Source: a virus
Reading direction: 5' to 3' (one strand)
Virus record (IMG/VR): IMGVR_UViG_3300029349_000001
Span: 97,087-161,086 of that record
Length of the DNA: 64,000 nucleotides
The notes below the pieces were generated by a model that saw only the letters and a list, made by a program, of their open reading frames with translations, ran no database searches and was not told where the DNA came from. Numbering within the stretch: position 1 is the stretch's first letter; every line of letters begins with the position of its first letter. This document shows, piece by piece, positions 10,168-19,822 of the stretch. The position numbers were made by a program, and so were the translations under genes.

Positions 10168-10635
10168 CTACAATACACCACACAAATTTTTAACCCAAGA
10201 AAGATCCGGTGTCACCCTAATGATTTTGATACCACTATTTTGTGTAAATGTATCAAATATTTTTTGCTCCGCTTCATCAAATAGGACTGTGCCATGATTA
10301 TTGGACATTATTACCGTATCAATACCCTCTTGCCACAAAGCCATAATACAATCGTTACAGCATTGACCAGAAACATATGCTGTTCCGCTATCTGGCCTAA
10401 CCACACAGTTACTCAAGGCGTTTCTTTCTGCATGAATCATCCATCTATACTTATCTGGTCTGTGTGTAGGCAGAGCATCATCCTGCATATTTCTGGGAAA
10501 TCCATTATATCCTACGCCTAGTATCCTATGTTTCTTATCTGTAATCACACATCCATGTTGAGTATGAATATCATGACTACGCTGAGAAACAACTTTAGCA
10601 AGTCCTAAGAAATAATCCGTCCACGCTGGTCTCAT
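10168..10635 (-). CDS. dCMP deaminase
   Basis: RPAWTDYFL, GYNGFP, HAERNA, CNDC. Confidence 0.92.
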   Translation of the reverse strand: MRPAWTDYFLGLAKVVSQRSHDIHTQHGCVITDKKHRILGVGYNGFPRNMQDDALPTHRPDKYRWMIHAERNALSNCVVRPDSGTAYVSGQCCNDCIMALWQEGIDTVIMSNNHGTVLFDEAEQKIFDTFTQNSGIKIIRVTPDLSWVKNLCGVL

Positions 10636-10658
10636 TTTTTCCTCTTGAGTGATAGACT

Positions 10659-10687
10659 ATTCTAACACTCTGACAGAAATAAGTCAA
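10659..10687 (-). promoter_or_regulatory. Sigma70-type promoter
   Basis: TTGACT-N17-TAGAAT upstream of dCMP deaminase. Confidence 0.75.
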
Positions 10688-10695
10688 GCGTTGGA

Positions 10696-10947
10696 TTACT
10701 TGTTCGCTGTGATTTTATTATAGACTATCAAGGCTATAACAGAACCGACTATGCCCATTAAAATACCCGCTGGAGAAACAGCAGAATATTGTCCTAGTAG
10801 GTATAGAATGGCTCCACCGGTATATGAACCGGCTACACCTAAAGCTATAGTTTGAAGAAAACCAAATCTTTCTTCTCCGGGGACTATAGACTTAGCAATA
10901 GACCCTACTAGAACGCCATATACACACCATATTAATATACTAAACAT
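10696..10947 (-). CDS. GlsB/YeaQ/YmgE (transglycosylase-associated) membrane protein
   Basis: Three TM helices; IAKSIVPG..TIALGVAGSYTGG. Confidence 0.85.
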   Translation of the reverse strand: MFSILIWCVYGVLVGSIAKSIVPGEERFGFLQTIALGVAGSYTGGAILYLLGQYSAVSPAGILMGIVGSVIALIVYNKITANK

Positions 10948-11353
10948 TTGAGGACTCCTCTACTAAGGTAATGATTTCTTCCTCCGTGAGTTCTGGTCCG
11001 GTCTCCATAATAGAACGCTTAAGTTCTGCACCATAAGTTTTGTAATCTTCTGGAGATAGTTTATTTTTGATAATTTTATTTAATCTCCACATGGTCAATA
11101 GATTCTTCTTGATGCATACTTCGCTAACGGCCTGTTTCATCATTTCTCCCTGTCTGTTTTTACTTAATCCTAGGAGTTTTTTCTTATTGCATTCTTGTAT
11201 GATGCGAATTAGAGATAAAACAATACCAATAATCATAAGAATCAAAATAATACTTTGAGAATTTTGACGCTGTAACGATCTCTTGTCTTCGTCAAGATTC
11301 ATTTTATTCATTACTTTGACGGCGATTTGTTCTAGTTTTTCATTATTAGACAT
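10940..11353 (-). CDS. Single-TM membrane protein
   Basis: IILILMIIGIVLSLIRII. Confidence 0.7.
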   Translation of the reverse strand: MSNNEKLEQIAVKVMNKMNLDEDKRSLQRQNSQSIILILMIIGIVLSLIRIIQECNKKKLLGLSKNRQGEMMKQAVSEVCIKKNLLTMWRLNKIIKNKLSPEDYKTYGAELKRSIMETGPELTEEEIITLVEESSNV

Positions 11354-11371
11354 AGTATTAGCCTTTTATGT

Positions 11372-11608
11372 TTATGGTTCGCAATAGCCACAATCTACTT
11401 CTTTAATGCCATCACCACTCAAATATTTACCTGTGCCTTTACAAACTGGGCAATCTTTTCTTTTGTGTTTGGTGACAATAGGAACGTCTCTAGCCTTGAT
11501 ATGCGCTCCTACTATAGTTACTACACCCGTACTGTCTCCGCTATAGTTTTTATTAACACAACCACCGATCAAACAAATAAGCATTAGTGCTATAATATAT
11601 TTATACAT
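11372..11608 (-). CDS. Putative lipoprotein with DnaJ-like CxxCxGxG motif
   Basis: Signal peptide ending LIGGC; CPVCKGTG..CGYC. Confidence 0.65.
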   Translation of the reverse strand: MYKYIIALMLICLIGGCVNKNYSGDSTGVVTIVGAHIKARDVPIVTKHKRKDCPVCKGTGKYLSGDGIKEVDCGYCEP

Positions 11609-11610
11609 AA

Positions 11611-11796
11611 TTACTTTTTCTTCAAAACAGAGTCTAGTTTTTTACGAACCCAAGGAAACTTGGGCTTTGGAGAAACAGGAGAAGGAATATCGTCTATATT
11701 TTTAACGTGTGGTTGCATCATTTTTAATATAGCCAAAATAAAGCTAGTAATAATTTTAATTAGTCTATTTAAAGCAATTTTATCTATAATATTCAT
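11611..11796 (-). CDS. Small amphipathic protein
   Basis: ORF in operon. Confidence 0.6.
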   Translation of the reverse strand: MNIIDKIALNRLIKIITSFILAILKMMQPHVKNIDDIPSPVSPKPKFPWVRKKLDSVLKKK

Positions 11797-12716
11797 AGGT
11801 AATCAAATCCGTAGTCTGGTAATTTTTGTAAAGGAAAACCATCGAATGCACTAAAAGTAAAAGCGCCCCCACCACTCAACATACCCTCTGCCACATCTGC
11901 TGTAATCAAGAATGAACCATCAGGAATCTTACCCCAAGCAGGATGTCCACCACTATTCCATTTGCCCCAACTATTTTGTACTAAAAATAAAGGCTCACTT
12001 CCGGTATCATCACAAGCGATCCATGCCATCGAATGACCCCAACTACCACTGGGTCTAGCGATACCATTAGATTCTCTTACTCTAGAAAATCCATAACCAG
12101 AACATACATTAACACCATATCCATTAGCTAATGCATCTCTAGCTTCTTCTACGGTACGAATATTGCTAATGGTTTTAATCTTATGTTTGTGGGCTAATTT
12201 TCTAACGTCCTCTGGTACGCCACCACTACCCCACCTATCTCCTATAGAGCTATTATATTTACTTAAATCTATAATGCCGTCATAATTTTGTCTAACTAAT
12301 ACACCGCCTATTTTGCTAACAAATTCGGCGGCTCTAGAGCAACTCATGCCCTGTCCACTATGACCTCTGCTACCATAGATAGCTTCAGTTGCTCCTCTGG
12401 CTATCCATGCTTCTCTTTCATGGTTAACATGTATTTCTATAGCTCTGGTAATATCTACAGCGTTTCTTGTTCCATGGCTTACGCAATCTCCTGTAGTTTG
12501 TCTTTCTTCATAAGCCAACTTATCAAATCTTAATACTGATTTAAAAGGTGTACTTAACTTACCTTTTCCAGTATTTTTAATCTGAGGACTAGCCTCACCA
12601 AAATACGGATATTTCAGTTTGCTCATTAGTCTTTCTAGATGCTCTGGTTCATCTATGCATCCAGCAAAACCATTAGAATACATATCATATAATGTTTTTG
12701 GAGTATATCTAGGCAT
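11793..12716 (-). CDS. Papain-like (C1) cysteine peptidase
   Basis: QTTGDCVSHG, GHSM, QNSWG catalytic Cys/His/Asn. Confidence 0.88.
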   Translation of the reverse strand: MPRYTPKTLYDMYSNGFAGCIDEPEHLERLMSKLKYPYFGEASPQIKNTGKGKLSTPFKSVLRFDKLAYEERQTTGDCVSHGTRNAVDITRAIEIHVNHEREAWIARGATEAIYGSRGHSGQGMSCSRAAEFVSKIGGVLVRQNYDGIIDLSKYNSSIGDRWGSGGVPEDVRKLAHKHKIKTISNIRTVEEARDALANGYGVNVCSGYGFSRVRESNGIARPSGSWGHSMAWIACDDTGSEPLFLVQNSWGKWNSGGHPAWGKIPDGSFLITADVAEGMLSGGGAFTFSAFDGFPLQKLPDYGFDYL

Positions 12717-12719
12717 TTA

Positions 12720-13202
12720 TTATAGACCTTTAGTTAGCGCCCAAGCAATGGCTTTGAACACATCAACACTACGTTGACGTAATTCGGGTGATAACGCAAT
12801 GTTATCGTCTCCTATATAAGACTTAACAACACCATTGAGTTCTTCTCCTAGATCATCATATTTATCTTTAATATTAAGTTCTAGCATCTTACCGCTTAAT
12901 TTATTAGCTTCTCTAATTTCTTCAGTGTTTTTAATCACAGTATCGTCATCATTAATAGATATTAGTTTAGCAAGATCGAGGTACAGTCCGGACAGTTTTC
13001 TCATGTCTTCGGCCTTATCACTATAATCGGACGACTTAACTATCTGAATAATTTTCTCACATTTAGATTGTAGTTCGTCAGATGGTAGAGATACTGATAC
13101 CGCCTGACTACTACTATTAAAATGAGACAATGATGGCTGGAATACACCAACCACCAATAGCAATGCTGCTACTAGCCAGAGCAAACTATTATTTTTATTC
13201 AT
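12720..13202 (-). CDS. Exported or membrane-anchored helical protein
   Basis: N-terminal hydrophobic segment. Confidence 0.7.
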   Translation of the reverse strand: MNKNNSLLWLVAALLLVVGVFQPSLSHFNSSSQAVSVSLPSDELQSKCEKIIQIVKSSDYSDKAEDMRKLSGLYLDLAKLISINDDDTVIKNTEEIREANKLSGKMLELNIKDKYDDLGEELNGVVKSYIGDDNIALSPELRQRSVDVFKAIAWALTKGL

Positions 13203-13588
13203 TTAACTTCCTCTTTTTTGCCACAAACTGTTGGACTTAAGTATGGAAACATTTGATCTGCAACCTTAATAGCTTCGACACAGCCGCTCTTTTCGGCCAA
13301 GTCTCTTGTCTGCTTCCAAGAAACAATTAGCTTAAAAAAGGTTTCGTCTTTTTCTGCTGTGGCCACAACTTTTGGTACAACTACCGGATCTACTTTTGGT
13401 ACGCTAACACCACCCGTTCTTTTGTTAACTAAATCCTTTAGTCCCGAGACCACAGGAGATAGAACGGAAGTTAGGTTGTCCTTGAATAGAATCCATACAA
13501 CAAGAGCAACACCAGCATAAAGGGCCAAGTCCATTGGTCCTGTTTTAGCAGCAAATTCTTCAAAACTTTGTGTAAAATTAATATTCAT
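13199..13588 (-). CDS. Single-TM membrane protein
   Basis: LALYAGVALVVWILF. Confidence 0.7.
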   Translation of the reverse strand: MNINFTQSFEEFAAKTGPMDLALYAGVALVVWILFKDNLTSVLSPVVSGLKDLVNKRTGGVSVPKVDPVVVPKVVATAEKDETFFKLIVSWKQTRDLAEKSGCVEAIKVADQMFPYLSPTVCGKKEEVK

Positions 13589-13604
13589 ATTATTATCCTC
13601 TTTC

Positions 13605-14015
13605 TTATACCTGTGGGGTTGTTTCTATTTGTGATGTTTTTTTCTTTAAAAATACTCCAGTATTTCTGAATGTTGTTACTAGAGCATCTATAGAAGCACC
13701 GACTAGCACCATTAAAAATGCCTTAACATATTTATGAATCACTGGTTCTAGAATATTTGGCACAACCGGAATGTCAATAACAACAAACACATTATCATAA
13801 AATTTATTGAGCAAATCCATAGCTAGTGCTTTTTTATCTGGTCCGCTTAGGTCGTTACCTATAGCTTCTATAATTTGAATAATAGATGCTGTGGCGAGCT
13901 GTAATACTTTCCATGCTTCTGCCATAGCGATACTTTTAACACTATTTAAACTACTCTTAGTACTAAGAATTAGTTTTTCTACTTCTGCTCTTATTAGATC
14001 TTGGCTTGTTAACAT
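13605..14015 (-). CDS. Hypothetical membrane-associated protein
   Basis: GPDKKALA..DIPVVP..IDALV; start taken at MLTSQDL. Confidence 0.65.
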   Translation of the reverse strand: MLTSQDLIRAEVEKLILSTKSSLNSVKSIAMAEAWKVLQLATASIIQIIEAIGNDLSGPDKKALAMDLLNKFYDNVFVVIDIPVVPNILEPVIHKYVKAFLMVLVGASIDALVTTFRNTGVFLKKKTSQIETTPQV

Positions 14016-14286
14016 TTTTAGTTTCTCTCTTTTTGGGTTTTGTAGCAACGGGTTCTTCTGTTTCTTTCCAAGTTTTCTTGATTTCTTTTCTACTATTGAT
14101 ATATTTATATAGAATAGCTAACTGACCTCCAATTAAAATCATACTTTCTACGCCATGACTAACATCTCGTATAAGATCTTCTTTTTGGCTATTGTCTCCT
14201 ATTAAGCCTAATAAGTATAGGCCACTAAAAACAAAACTGACTAAAGTAAACCAAAATTCACTAGTACGATATCCGGGTTTAATCAT
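13963..14286 (-). CDS. Holin-like two-TM protein
   Basis: KPGYRTSEFW N-terminus, 2 TMs, YINSR, basic tail. Confidence 0.6.
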   Translation of the reverse strand: MIKPGYRTSEFWFTLVSFVFSGLYLLGLIGDNSQKEDLIRDVSHGVESMILIGGQLAILYKYINSRKEIKKTWKETEEPVATKPKKRETKNVNKPRSNKSRSRKTNS

Positions 14287-14366
14287 TAATTATATCTCCA
14301 AAAGAATGACTACCACAGTATTATAGTATATACACCAAATCAAATATGGTAAAATATACAGTGGTT

Positions 14367-16481
14367 TTAATATGAAGGAAAAGAACTAAGATCGGCGGTA
14401 GTTATTTGGTAACCCCCACCCAGTGATGTCATTAGACTGTTGATAATGGACGCATTAGCCCACATAGAGGTTCCTGATCCAGACAGTCCGTAGGTCCATA
14501 CTGTTAAAAGTACCGGATTATTAGATCCTGGTATAATCATAAAACATGGATGTCCAGAATCACCAGATACTATTGTTGAAAAGAATGGCGATCTAGTAGA
14601 GTTTTGAGGTGCTCTACATCTAACAGAATTTAAATCAGTAACTAATTCGTTAACCAAACTTTCTTCGTTTTGATTAGTATACAATACTGGAAGTACTGCT
14701 AGTTGATTGTATAAAGATGGTAATTTAGCTCCCCAAGACGCTGGTAGTATACGAGCAAAATTAATGGTGTTAGGAATGTCAGAATCTAATAATCCTATTT
14801 CAAAATCTGGATAGTAATTTTTGTAACCCGTAGCAGTTAATTTCGATGTAATTTGTCTAGTCACTACAGCATTGTCCGGAGTCACAAATCTGATTGACGA
14901 TCCAGTAGAAAGAGGATAATGTGCCGCATATAATATGTGTCTAGGAGAAATTAGTGTACCGCATCTAGCAGCACCATGAACAGAATTCCATACTGATACA
15001 CAAGATAAATCAACTATATTATGACTCCAGCAGTTAGTATTTCTGACATATGTGGCTGTGTCATGATTTTTAACAGAAAATATTGCCTTATTTTTTGTTG
15101 GAGATAATGCATTATCTATTGTATTGGATATGTTTAATGCTAGAGATCCATTAATATAGGATACAAATTCATCTACTGTTGGTTCTGTAGTATTATTTGT
15201 TCTTATAGATCTAACTATAGACGTTCCTTGAGAAGACGTACCACTTACTGAAACTAAACCATTAGCAACATAAGAAGCAATACCAGAAACATTGGGCGTT
15301 GATAAAATATTAGTATTAGAAATAGATATATTAACTGGACTTATTTTATTGACTAGACTCGTTGGTTGTATAATATAGTCAGATACTCTAGTAGATCCTG
15401 TTCTTCTTGTAATATTGGCGTCTTTAGAAACAATAGACTGCGTTGTTCCGGATTGTGTTAATCTGGGCTGTTCTGTTATATCAATATAAAAATCTTTAGC
15501 GTCTACTTTTCCAGCACTAATGGCGAAAGCCATGTCTGTTCCGAAAGCTCCTGTAGATAACGCGGCAACAAAAGTATTATTTCCATATGCCACACCATTA
15601 ATCGGGAGAGAAGGAGATATGATAATATTATCCCAATTAATACCATCTTGAGATACTGTACCGCCAGAACACACAAAAGATCCATCTCCAGCACTTATAG
15701 TGGTACCTCCACTACTATTATTTCTTAGTGTCCAATTAATCCCGTCTGTTGATGTCATTACTCTATTAGTACCACTGGATGAACATGCGACAAACATTCC
15801 ATTATGGAATACTACAGAATACCATGCATTAGCTTGTGGCGCTAATCTAGCTGTCCATGTTGTTCCATTAGTCGATGTGGCTATTCTATTAGTACCACTA
15901 CTACCTACCGCAACATATATGCCATTACCATATGTTATAGATCTTAATACTCCAACTCCAGTTATAGTAGTTGGTGCTCCCCAAGTAATACCATCAGATG
16001 ATACAGACGCGCCGGAGGATCCAATAGCCACAAATACATTATTGCCATAGCACACGGATCTCCATGTCGCCGTCGTGTTTATGTTGGATGGTCTCCAAAC
16101 CTTACCATCAAAAGAGTACATTGATCTTGGTAAGCCAGTGGTGGAAGCACTACTAGCAGTAGCCACATAAACGCCATTTCCGTATGCGATAGCGTCCCAT
16201 GATGATGATGACGGAGCACTATACAATGACCATATTTGTCCATCTGGTGATACTGCCACTCTTTCGATTGGTAGTTCGTTGTTTTGACTTTCTCTGACAG
16301 CTACAAACTGACCACCTCCATATACTATCGCTTTAAACCCAGGAGTTCCCACTCCTATATTAAATGTTTTCCATGCAAAGCCGGGTCTGGACCATAAAGC
16401 GGTATTATTAGTTATAATAGCTTTAACTGGAGATGTGCCGTAGCGTAAATCGGAATTTTGATTTGCAAGTTTTAATAACAT
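14367..16481 (-). CDS. Probable virion protein: BNR/beta-propeller repeats plus C-terminal trypsin-like serine peptidase
   Basis: Repeats W.SV.YGNG.FVAV..S.DG..W; GTLISPRHILYAAHY, PDFEIG, SGDSGHP. Confidence 0.78.
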   Translation of the reverse strand: MLLKLANQNSDLRYGTSPVKAIITNNTALWSRPGFAWKTFNIGVGTPGFKAIVYGGGQFVAVRESQNNELPIERVAVSPDGQIWSLYSAPSSSSWDAIAYGNGVYVATASSASTTGLPRSMYSFDGKVWRPSNINTTATWRSVCYGNNVFVAIGSSGASVSSDGITWGAPTTITGVGVLRSITYGNGIYVAVGSSGTNRIATSTNGTTWTARLAPQANAWYSVVFHNGMFVACSSSGTNRVMTSTDGINWTLRNNSSGGTTISAGDGSFVCSGGTVSQDGINWDNIIISPSLPINGVAYGNNTFVAALSTGAFGTDMAFAISAGKVDAKDFYIDITEQPRLTQSGTTQSIVSKDANITRRTGSTRVSDYIIQPTSLVNKISPVNISISNTNILSTPNVSGIASYVANGLVSVSGTSSQGTSIVRSIRTNNTTEPTVDEFVSYINGSLALNISNTIDNALSPTKNKAIFSVKNHDTATYVRNTNCWSHNIVDLSCVSVWNSVHGAARCGTLISPRHILYAAHYPLSTGSSIRFVTPDNAVVTRQITSKLTATGYKNYYPDFEIGLLDSDIPNTINFARILPASWGAKLPSLYNQLAVLPVLYTNQNEESLVNELVTDLNSVRCRAPQNSTRSPFFSTIVSGDSGHPCFMIIPGSNNPVLLTVWTYGLSGSGTSMWANASIINSLMTSLGGGYQITTADLSSFPSY

Positions 16482-16483
16482 AA

Positions 16484-16720
16484 TTATGTAATAACATATA
16501 ATGTTTGAGAATCTTTTACAGATAAGGCGTCGTATTGTGCCTGTGTTAAAGAAACGATATATTTGATACTGGAGCTTGTTACCACACTACCCAAAAGATC
16601 AGATACGGACACTTTTTTAGTTGTAGCGCCACCAGCGGGGTCATCCATCAATACTAATATATCATCTGAACTAAGTGTGCCACTACCTTCTGGTAGTTCA
16701 TTAATTCTTTTAATAGTCAT
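16484..16720 (-). CDS. Small tail-fibre-associated protein
   Basis: KRINELP..TKKVSVSDL..LTQAQYDAL..KDSQTLYVI, typical of phage fibre modules. Confidence 0.65.
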   Translation of the reverse strand: MTIKRINELPEGSGTLSSDDILVLMDDPAGGATTKKVSVSDLLGSVVTSSSIKYIVSLTQAQYDALSVKDSQTLYVIT

Positions 16721-16721
16721 A

Positions 16722-16943
16722 TTATCCCCCTATAAGTGTTTGACCACTAGAAATTTGTACTAATATTCCATTATAATATCTATTTCCGTATTTGGATTGA
16801 ATATCAGAGATAGTGGGAGTATTTTTAACAAAAAGATTATTTGTAGAAAACGATCCTGTTGCAGTTGTAGAAAGCACAGAGGAACCATTTTTGAGTGGTT
16901 CGCTAGATTTGGCGGTTGTTATGTCTGTAAAGGGTCTGGGCAT
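16722..16943 (-). CDS. Small probable structural protein
   Basis: Resembles the N-terminus of 17200..19443 (PLKNGSSV..KYGNRY). Confidence 0.6.
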   Translation of the reverse strand: MPRPFTDITTAKSSEPLKNGSSVLSTTATGSFSTNNLFVKNTPTISDIQSKYGNRYYNGILVQISSGQTLIGG

Positions 16944-16957
16944 ATTTATCTCCAATA

Positions 16958-17197
16958 TTATGGAAGGTATTTTTCACTATTTAATAAAAGATTATTGTCT
17001 AGGTCTAGAATACGTATTTTATATACACCGGTTATATTTGTTAGCACATTAACAATATCATTGGGCATACTAGTATCATTTAGTCCTAATAAAACAGTAG
17101 ACAGACTGGAACTATCTATAGCAATATTATCTATAGAATAAAGCTCTACTATATAATCATATATGTTTAAGGTTTGCTGTAGAGTAAAATTTATCAT
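16958..17197 (-). CDS. Hypothetical protein
   Basis: Start taken at MINFTLQ. Confidence 0.55.
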   Translation of the reverse strand: MINFTLQQTLNIYDYIVELYSIDNIAIDSSSLSTVLLGLNDTSMPNDIVNVLTNITGVYKIRILDLDNNLLLNSEKYLP

Positions 17198-17199
17198 AT

Positions 17200-19443
17200 T
17201 TATACCGGCATACCGTCTCCTGTAGGCGTTAGTTGTACGCAGGTCGGGGCTGTGTTGCTCTGTGTAGCATACAACCAATATCCAGCATTTAAGCCACCAC
17301 CCTTATAATAGGCAGCTTTATACCATTCATTTTCAGATAACATAAAAAATGTAGCATTATTTTGTCTAATGATAGTAGTTTGAGTCATATCGTAAGCACC
17401 ATTCTCTGTTGATCCGACAGCGGCTCCTCCGGTGGGCTTACCATTATGCAACCAATTGCAGTATCTGGCGCAGCTCATCCAACTAACAAAATTGACTGGC
17501 TTTCTACTCTTATTAGTCTTGATACTGTATACGTAGCTGCCAGCTGAACCACTACGACTAATGCCTCCTAGCGTATCTAGCGACATATTATTAACATATA
17601 AAGAATATGTGTCTGTTTGAGCTACGGCATTCAAAAATTCTACATATTCATCATTAGTAACTTCGTATGTTCCGACATAGTAAGAATATGGTACACTACC
17701 GAATCCATTGTTATTAGCTATGTTATTAAGATCTAGCACCAAAACCATATTAGGATATAGTGCAGAAGGAGAGTACGCTCCTATTCTAAATCCAGTGAAA
17801 CCACTACGAGAATTTACGTCTGCATATGTTTGAAAAGTAGAAGATAAATATGCTGCATTATATGCTAGATTACCGCCTCTTAATACTTTGTTTGTAGAAG
17901 CAATCGTGGTATCTGTCCATTCCCATACGTTGCCACTCATATCATACGCACCATAATAGCTACTAATACCATTCGTTCCAACAGTACTTACATTACCAGC
18001 ACAATTATCGTAATTAGCACTATTCGTTGTAAAAACCACCTGAGTAGAAGATGTACTTGGTGTTGGAGTTAAAGTTCTAGTAGGTGTGGGAGTCGAAGTT
18101 CTTGTACTAGTAATTGTGGGTGTTGGTGTGTTGGTTGTGGCGGGAGTATTCGTAGGTGTACTAGCGATAGTGCTGGTAACCGATGGCGTAGGTGTCCCTG
18201 TTGGGGTTTGGGTATTGGTACTGGTTAGTGTTGGAGTTAATGTTTGGGTTGGTGTTGGAGTTGCTGTATTTGTTGGTGTTTGTGTGGGAGTAGGAGTAGG
18301 AGGAGCTACTTGTTTTATAATAACGCCACTTATTGCACCGAATAAGGGATATGCACCATCTTCGGTTGTGGATGATGTTTGAGATCCTCTAGGTTTTCCG
18401 TTATGTAGCCAATTGCAGTATCTAGCAGCATTAAACCAAGTCATAAAATTTACTGGTTTATTTTGCATATTTGCTTTAGAGGAATAGACATAAAATCCAT
18501 TTACTCCATTTCGAAGTATGCCGCCTCTTATGTCCTCACCCATTTCTGCAACATATATTCCGTATGTATCGGACATTCCAACGGCATTTAGAAATTCTAC
18601 ATATTGACTATTAGTAATTTCGTAACTACTAATTCTATAGTCGTATGAAACAGATCCTAGATTATTATCGTCTGCGGTGTTATTGGCATCATCGACTAGA
18701 ACAAATCCAGGTAGATTCAATGGATTAGAAAAAGTTGCAACTCTAAATCCGATTTTTGAACTTAAAGATGCTGGATTTCCGTGATAAGTGACAATACTTT
18801 GTCTTACACTACCATCAGGATTTAATGTTGTTGTCCCATCTGTAGATAGTCTAAATTCACTACAAAACCAATCTCCTCCAGCAATACCTCTTAAATTATC
18901 AGATATAGAATCGTTCCACTCCCAAACATTACCATTTTGATCATATGTACCATAAAAACTCGGGCCTCCGTTAGTCCCTACTGTAGTTACATTACCACTA
19001 CCAGAAGGAACATTCCAGCTAGCACCACCAGCATAGTTCGCATAATTACCAGAACCGTTTGCTAGACCATCTCCAGTTAATGATGCTTGTACTGGAATAG
19101 GAGCAGTATCACTTTGGGTAGCATATATCCAATAGCCAGCATTAGTACTATCTCCTTTATAGAAGGCAGCTTTGTACCATTCATTTAAAGAAGGAATCCA
19201 ATATTGAGGACTATAACTAGCTGTAGTACCAGTAGATGGTTGACTATCCGATTCTAGAAATTCATAGATAACTTCATTATCAAATCTATTAGCATACTTA
19301 ATGTTAATAGTATTAATATTTAAAGATATATTATTTTGACGAACTTGAGATTGCTTGTCTTTTCCGCCGTAATTAACGACTATTGATGATCCATTTTGTA
19401 TAGGAAGCCCGCTTCTCGCATAAAATAATATTTCTAAAGACAT
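17200..19443 (-). CDS. Tandem permuted FGE-sulfatase (SUMF1/CLec-fold) domain protein with Thr/Pro linker
   Basis: Two copies each of EWYKAA, GNVWEW, GFR, YE(I/V)TN, KPVNF, NWLHNG. Confidence 0.88.
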   Translation of the reverse strand: MSLEILFYARSGLPIQNGSSIVVNYGGKDKQSQVRQNNISLNINTINIKYANRFDNEVIYEFLESDSQPSTGTTASYSPQYWIPSLNEWYKAAFYKGDSTNAGYWIYATQSDTAPIPVQASLTGDGLANGSGNYANYAGGASWNVPSGSGNVTTVGTNGGPSFYGTYDQNGNVWEWNDSISDNLRGIAGGDWFCSEFRLSTDGTTTLNPDGSVRQSIVTYHGNPASLSSKIGFRVATFSNPLNLPGFVLVDDANNTADDNNLGSVSYDYRISSYEITNSQYVEFLNAVGMSDTYGIYVAEMGEDIRGGILRNGVNGFYVYSSKANMQNKPVNFMTWFNAARYCNWLHNGKPRGSQTSSTTEDGAYPLFGAISGVIIKQVAPPTPTPTQTPTNTATPTPTQTLTPTLTSTNTQTPTGTPTPSVTSTIASTPTNTPATTNTPTPTITSTRTSTPTPTRTLTPTPSTSSTQVVFTTNSANYDNCAGNVSTVGTNGISSYYGAYDMSGNVWEWTDTTIASTNKVLRGGNLAYNAAYLSSTFQTYADVNSRSGFTGFRIGAYSPSALYPNMVLVLDLNNIANNNGFGSVPYSYYVGTYEVTNDEYVEFLNAVAQTDTYSLYVNNMSLDTLGGISRSGSAGSYVYSIKTNKSRKPVNFVSWMSCARYCNWLHNGKPTGGAAVGSTENGAYDMTQTTIIRQNNATFFMLSENEWYKAAYYKGGGLNAGYWLYATQSNTAPTCVQLTPTGDGMPV
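18040..18305 (-). repeat. Thr/Pro-rich low-complexity (mucin-like) linker
   Basis: PTPTPTQTPTNTATPTPTQTLTPT... Confidence 0.9.
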
Positions 19444-19446
19444 ACA

Positions 19447-19764
19447 TTATTTTTCTATTCTATCTTCTAGGGCTTCGAGGGTTTTGCCCAACATAGCAAT
19501 TTGAACTTTAAGTTCATTCATGACTTCTGTGTTTCTTTGTAAGGCAGAAGCAAATGCTGCTTGTGTTTCTTTATTACTATTTAATCTTTCCATGATAAAC
19601 TGTCTATCATGAACATAAGGGCTTTGGGTTTCTATCATATGGAGCACCTCTGCTTTGGTGGCCATATTTCTTCCGATAGTTACCCAAAACCCTAGCATTG
19701 TGACTATAATGCCAATAGCAGTTGTGGCAAGATTTTCCCAGAAATGAATAATAGTATCAGTCAT
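19447..19764 (-). CDS. TM plus coiled-coil protein
   Basis: N-terminal TM; C-terminal heptads. Confidence 0.65.
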   Translation of the reverse strand: MTDTIIHFWENLATTAIGIIVTMLGFWVTIGRNMATKAEVLHMIETQSPYVHDRQFIMERLNSNKETQAAFASALQRNTEVMNELKVQIAMLGKTLEALEDRIEK

Positions 19765-19822
19765 AACCTATGTCTCCTTTATGACATGACCGCACTAACA
19801 TCAACTGAAAACCCGACTAGGT

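Noticed and set aside
18040-18305. CRISPR array or DNA tandem repeat
   Set aside because: Degenerate codon-level repeats encoding an in-frame Thr/Pro linker; no constant repeat-spacer structure
17200-19443. Diversity-generating retroelement targeting the CLec-fold domains
   Set aside because: No reverse transcriptase and no adenine-variant template repeat seen in this window; the two domains differ at all base types
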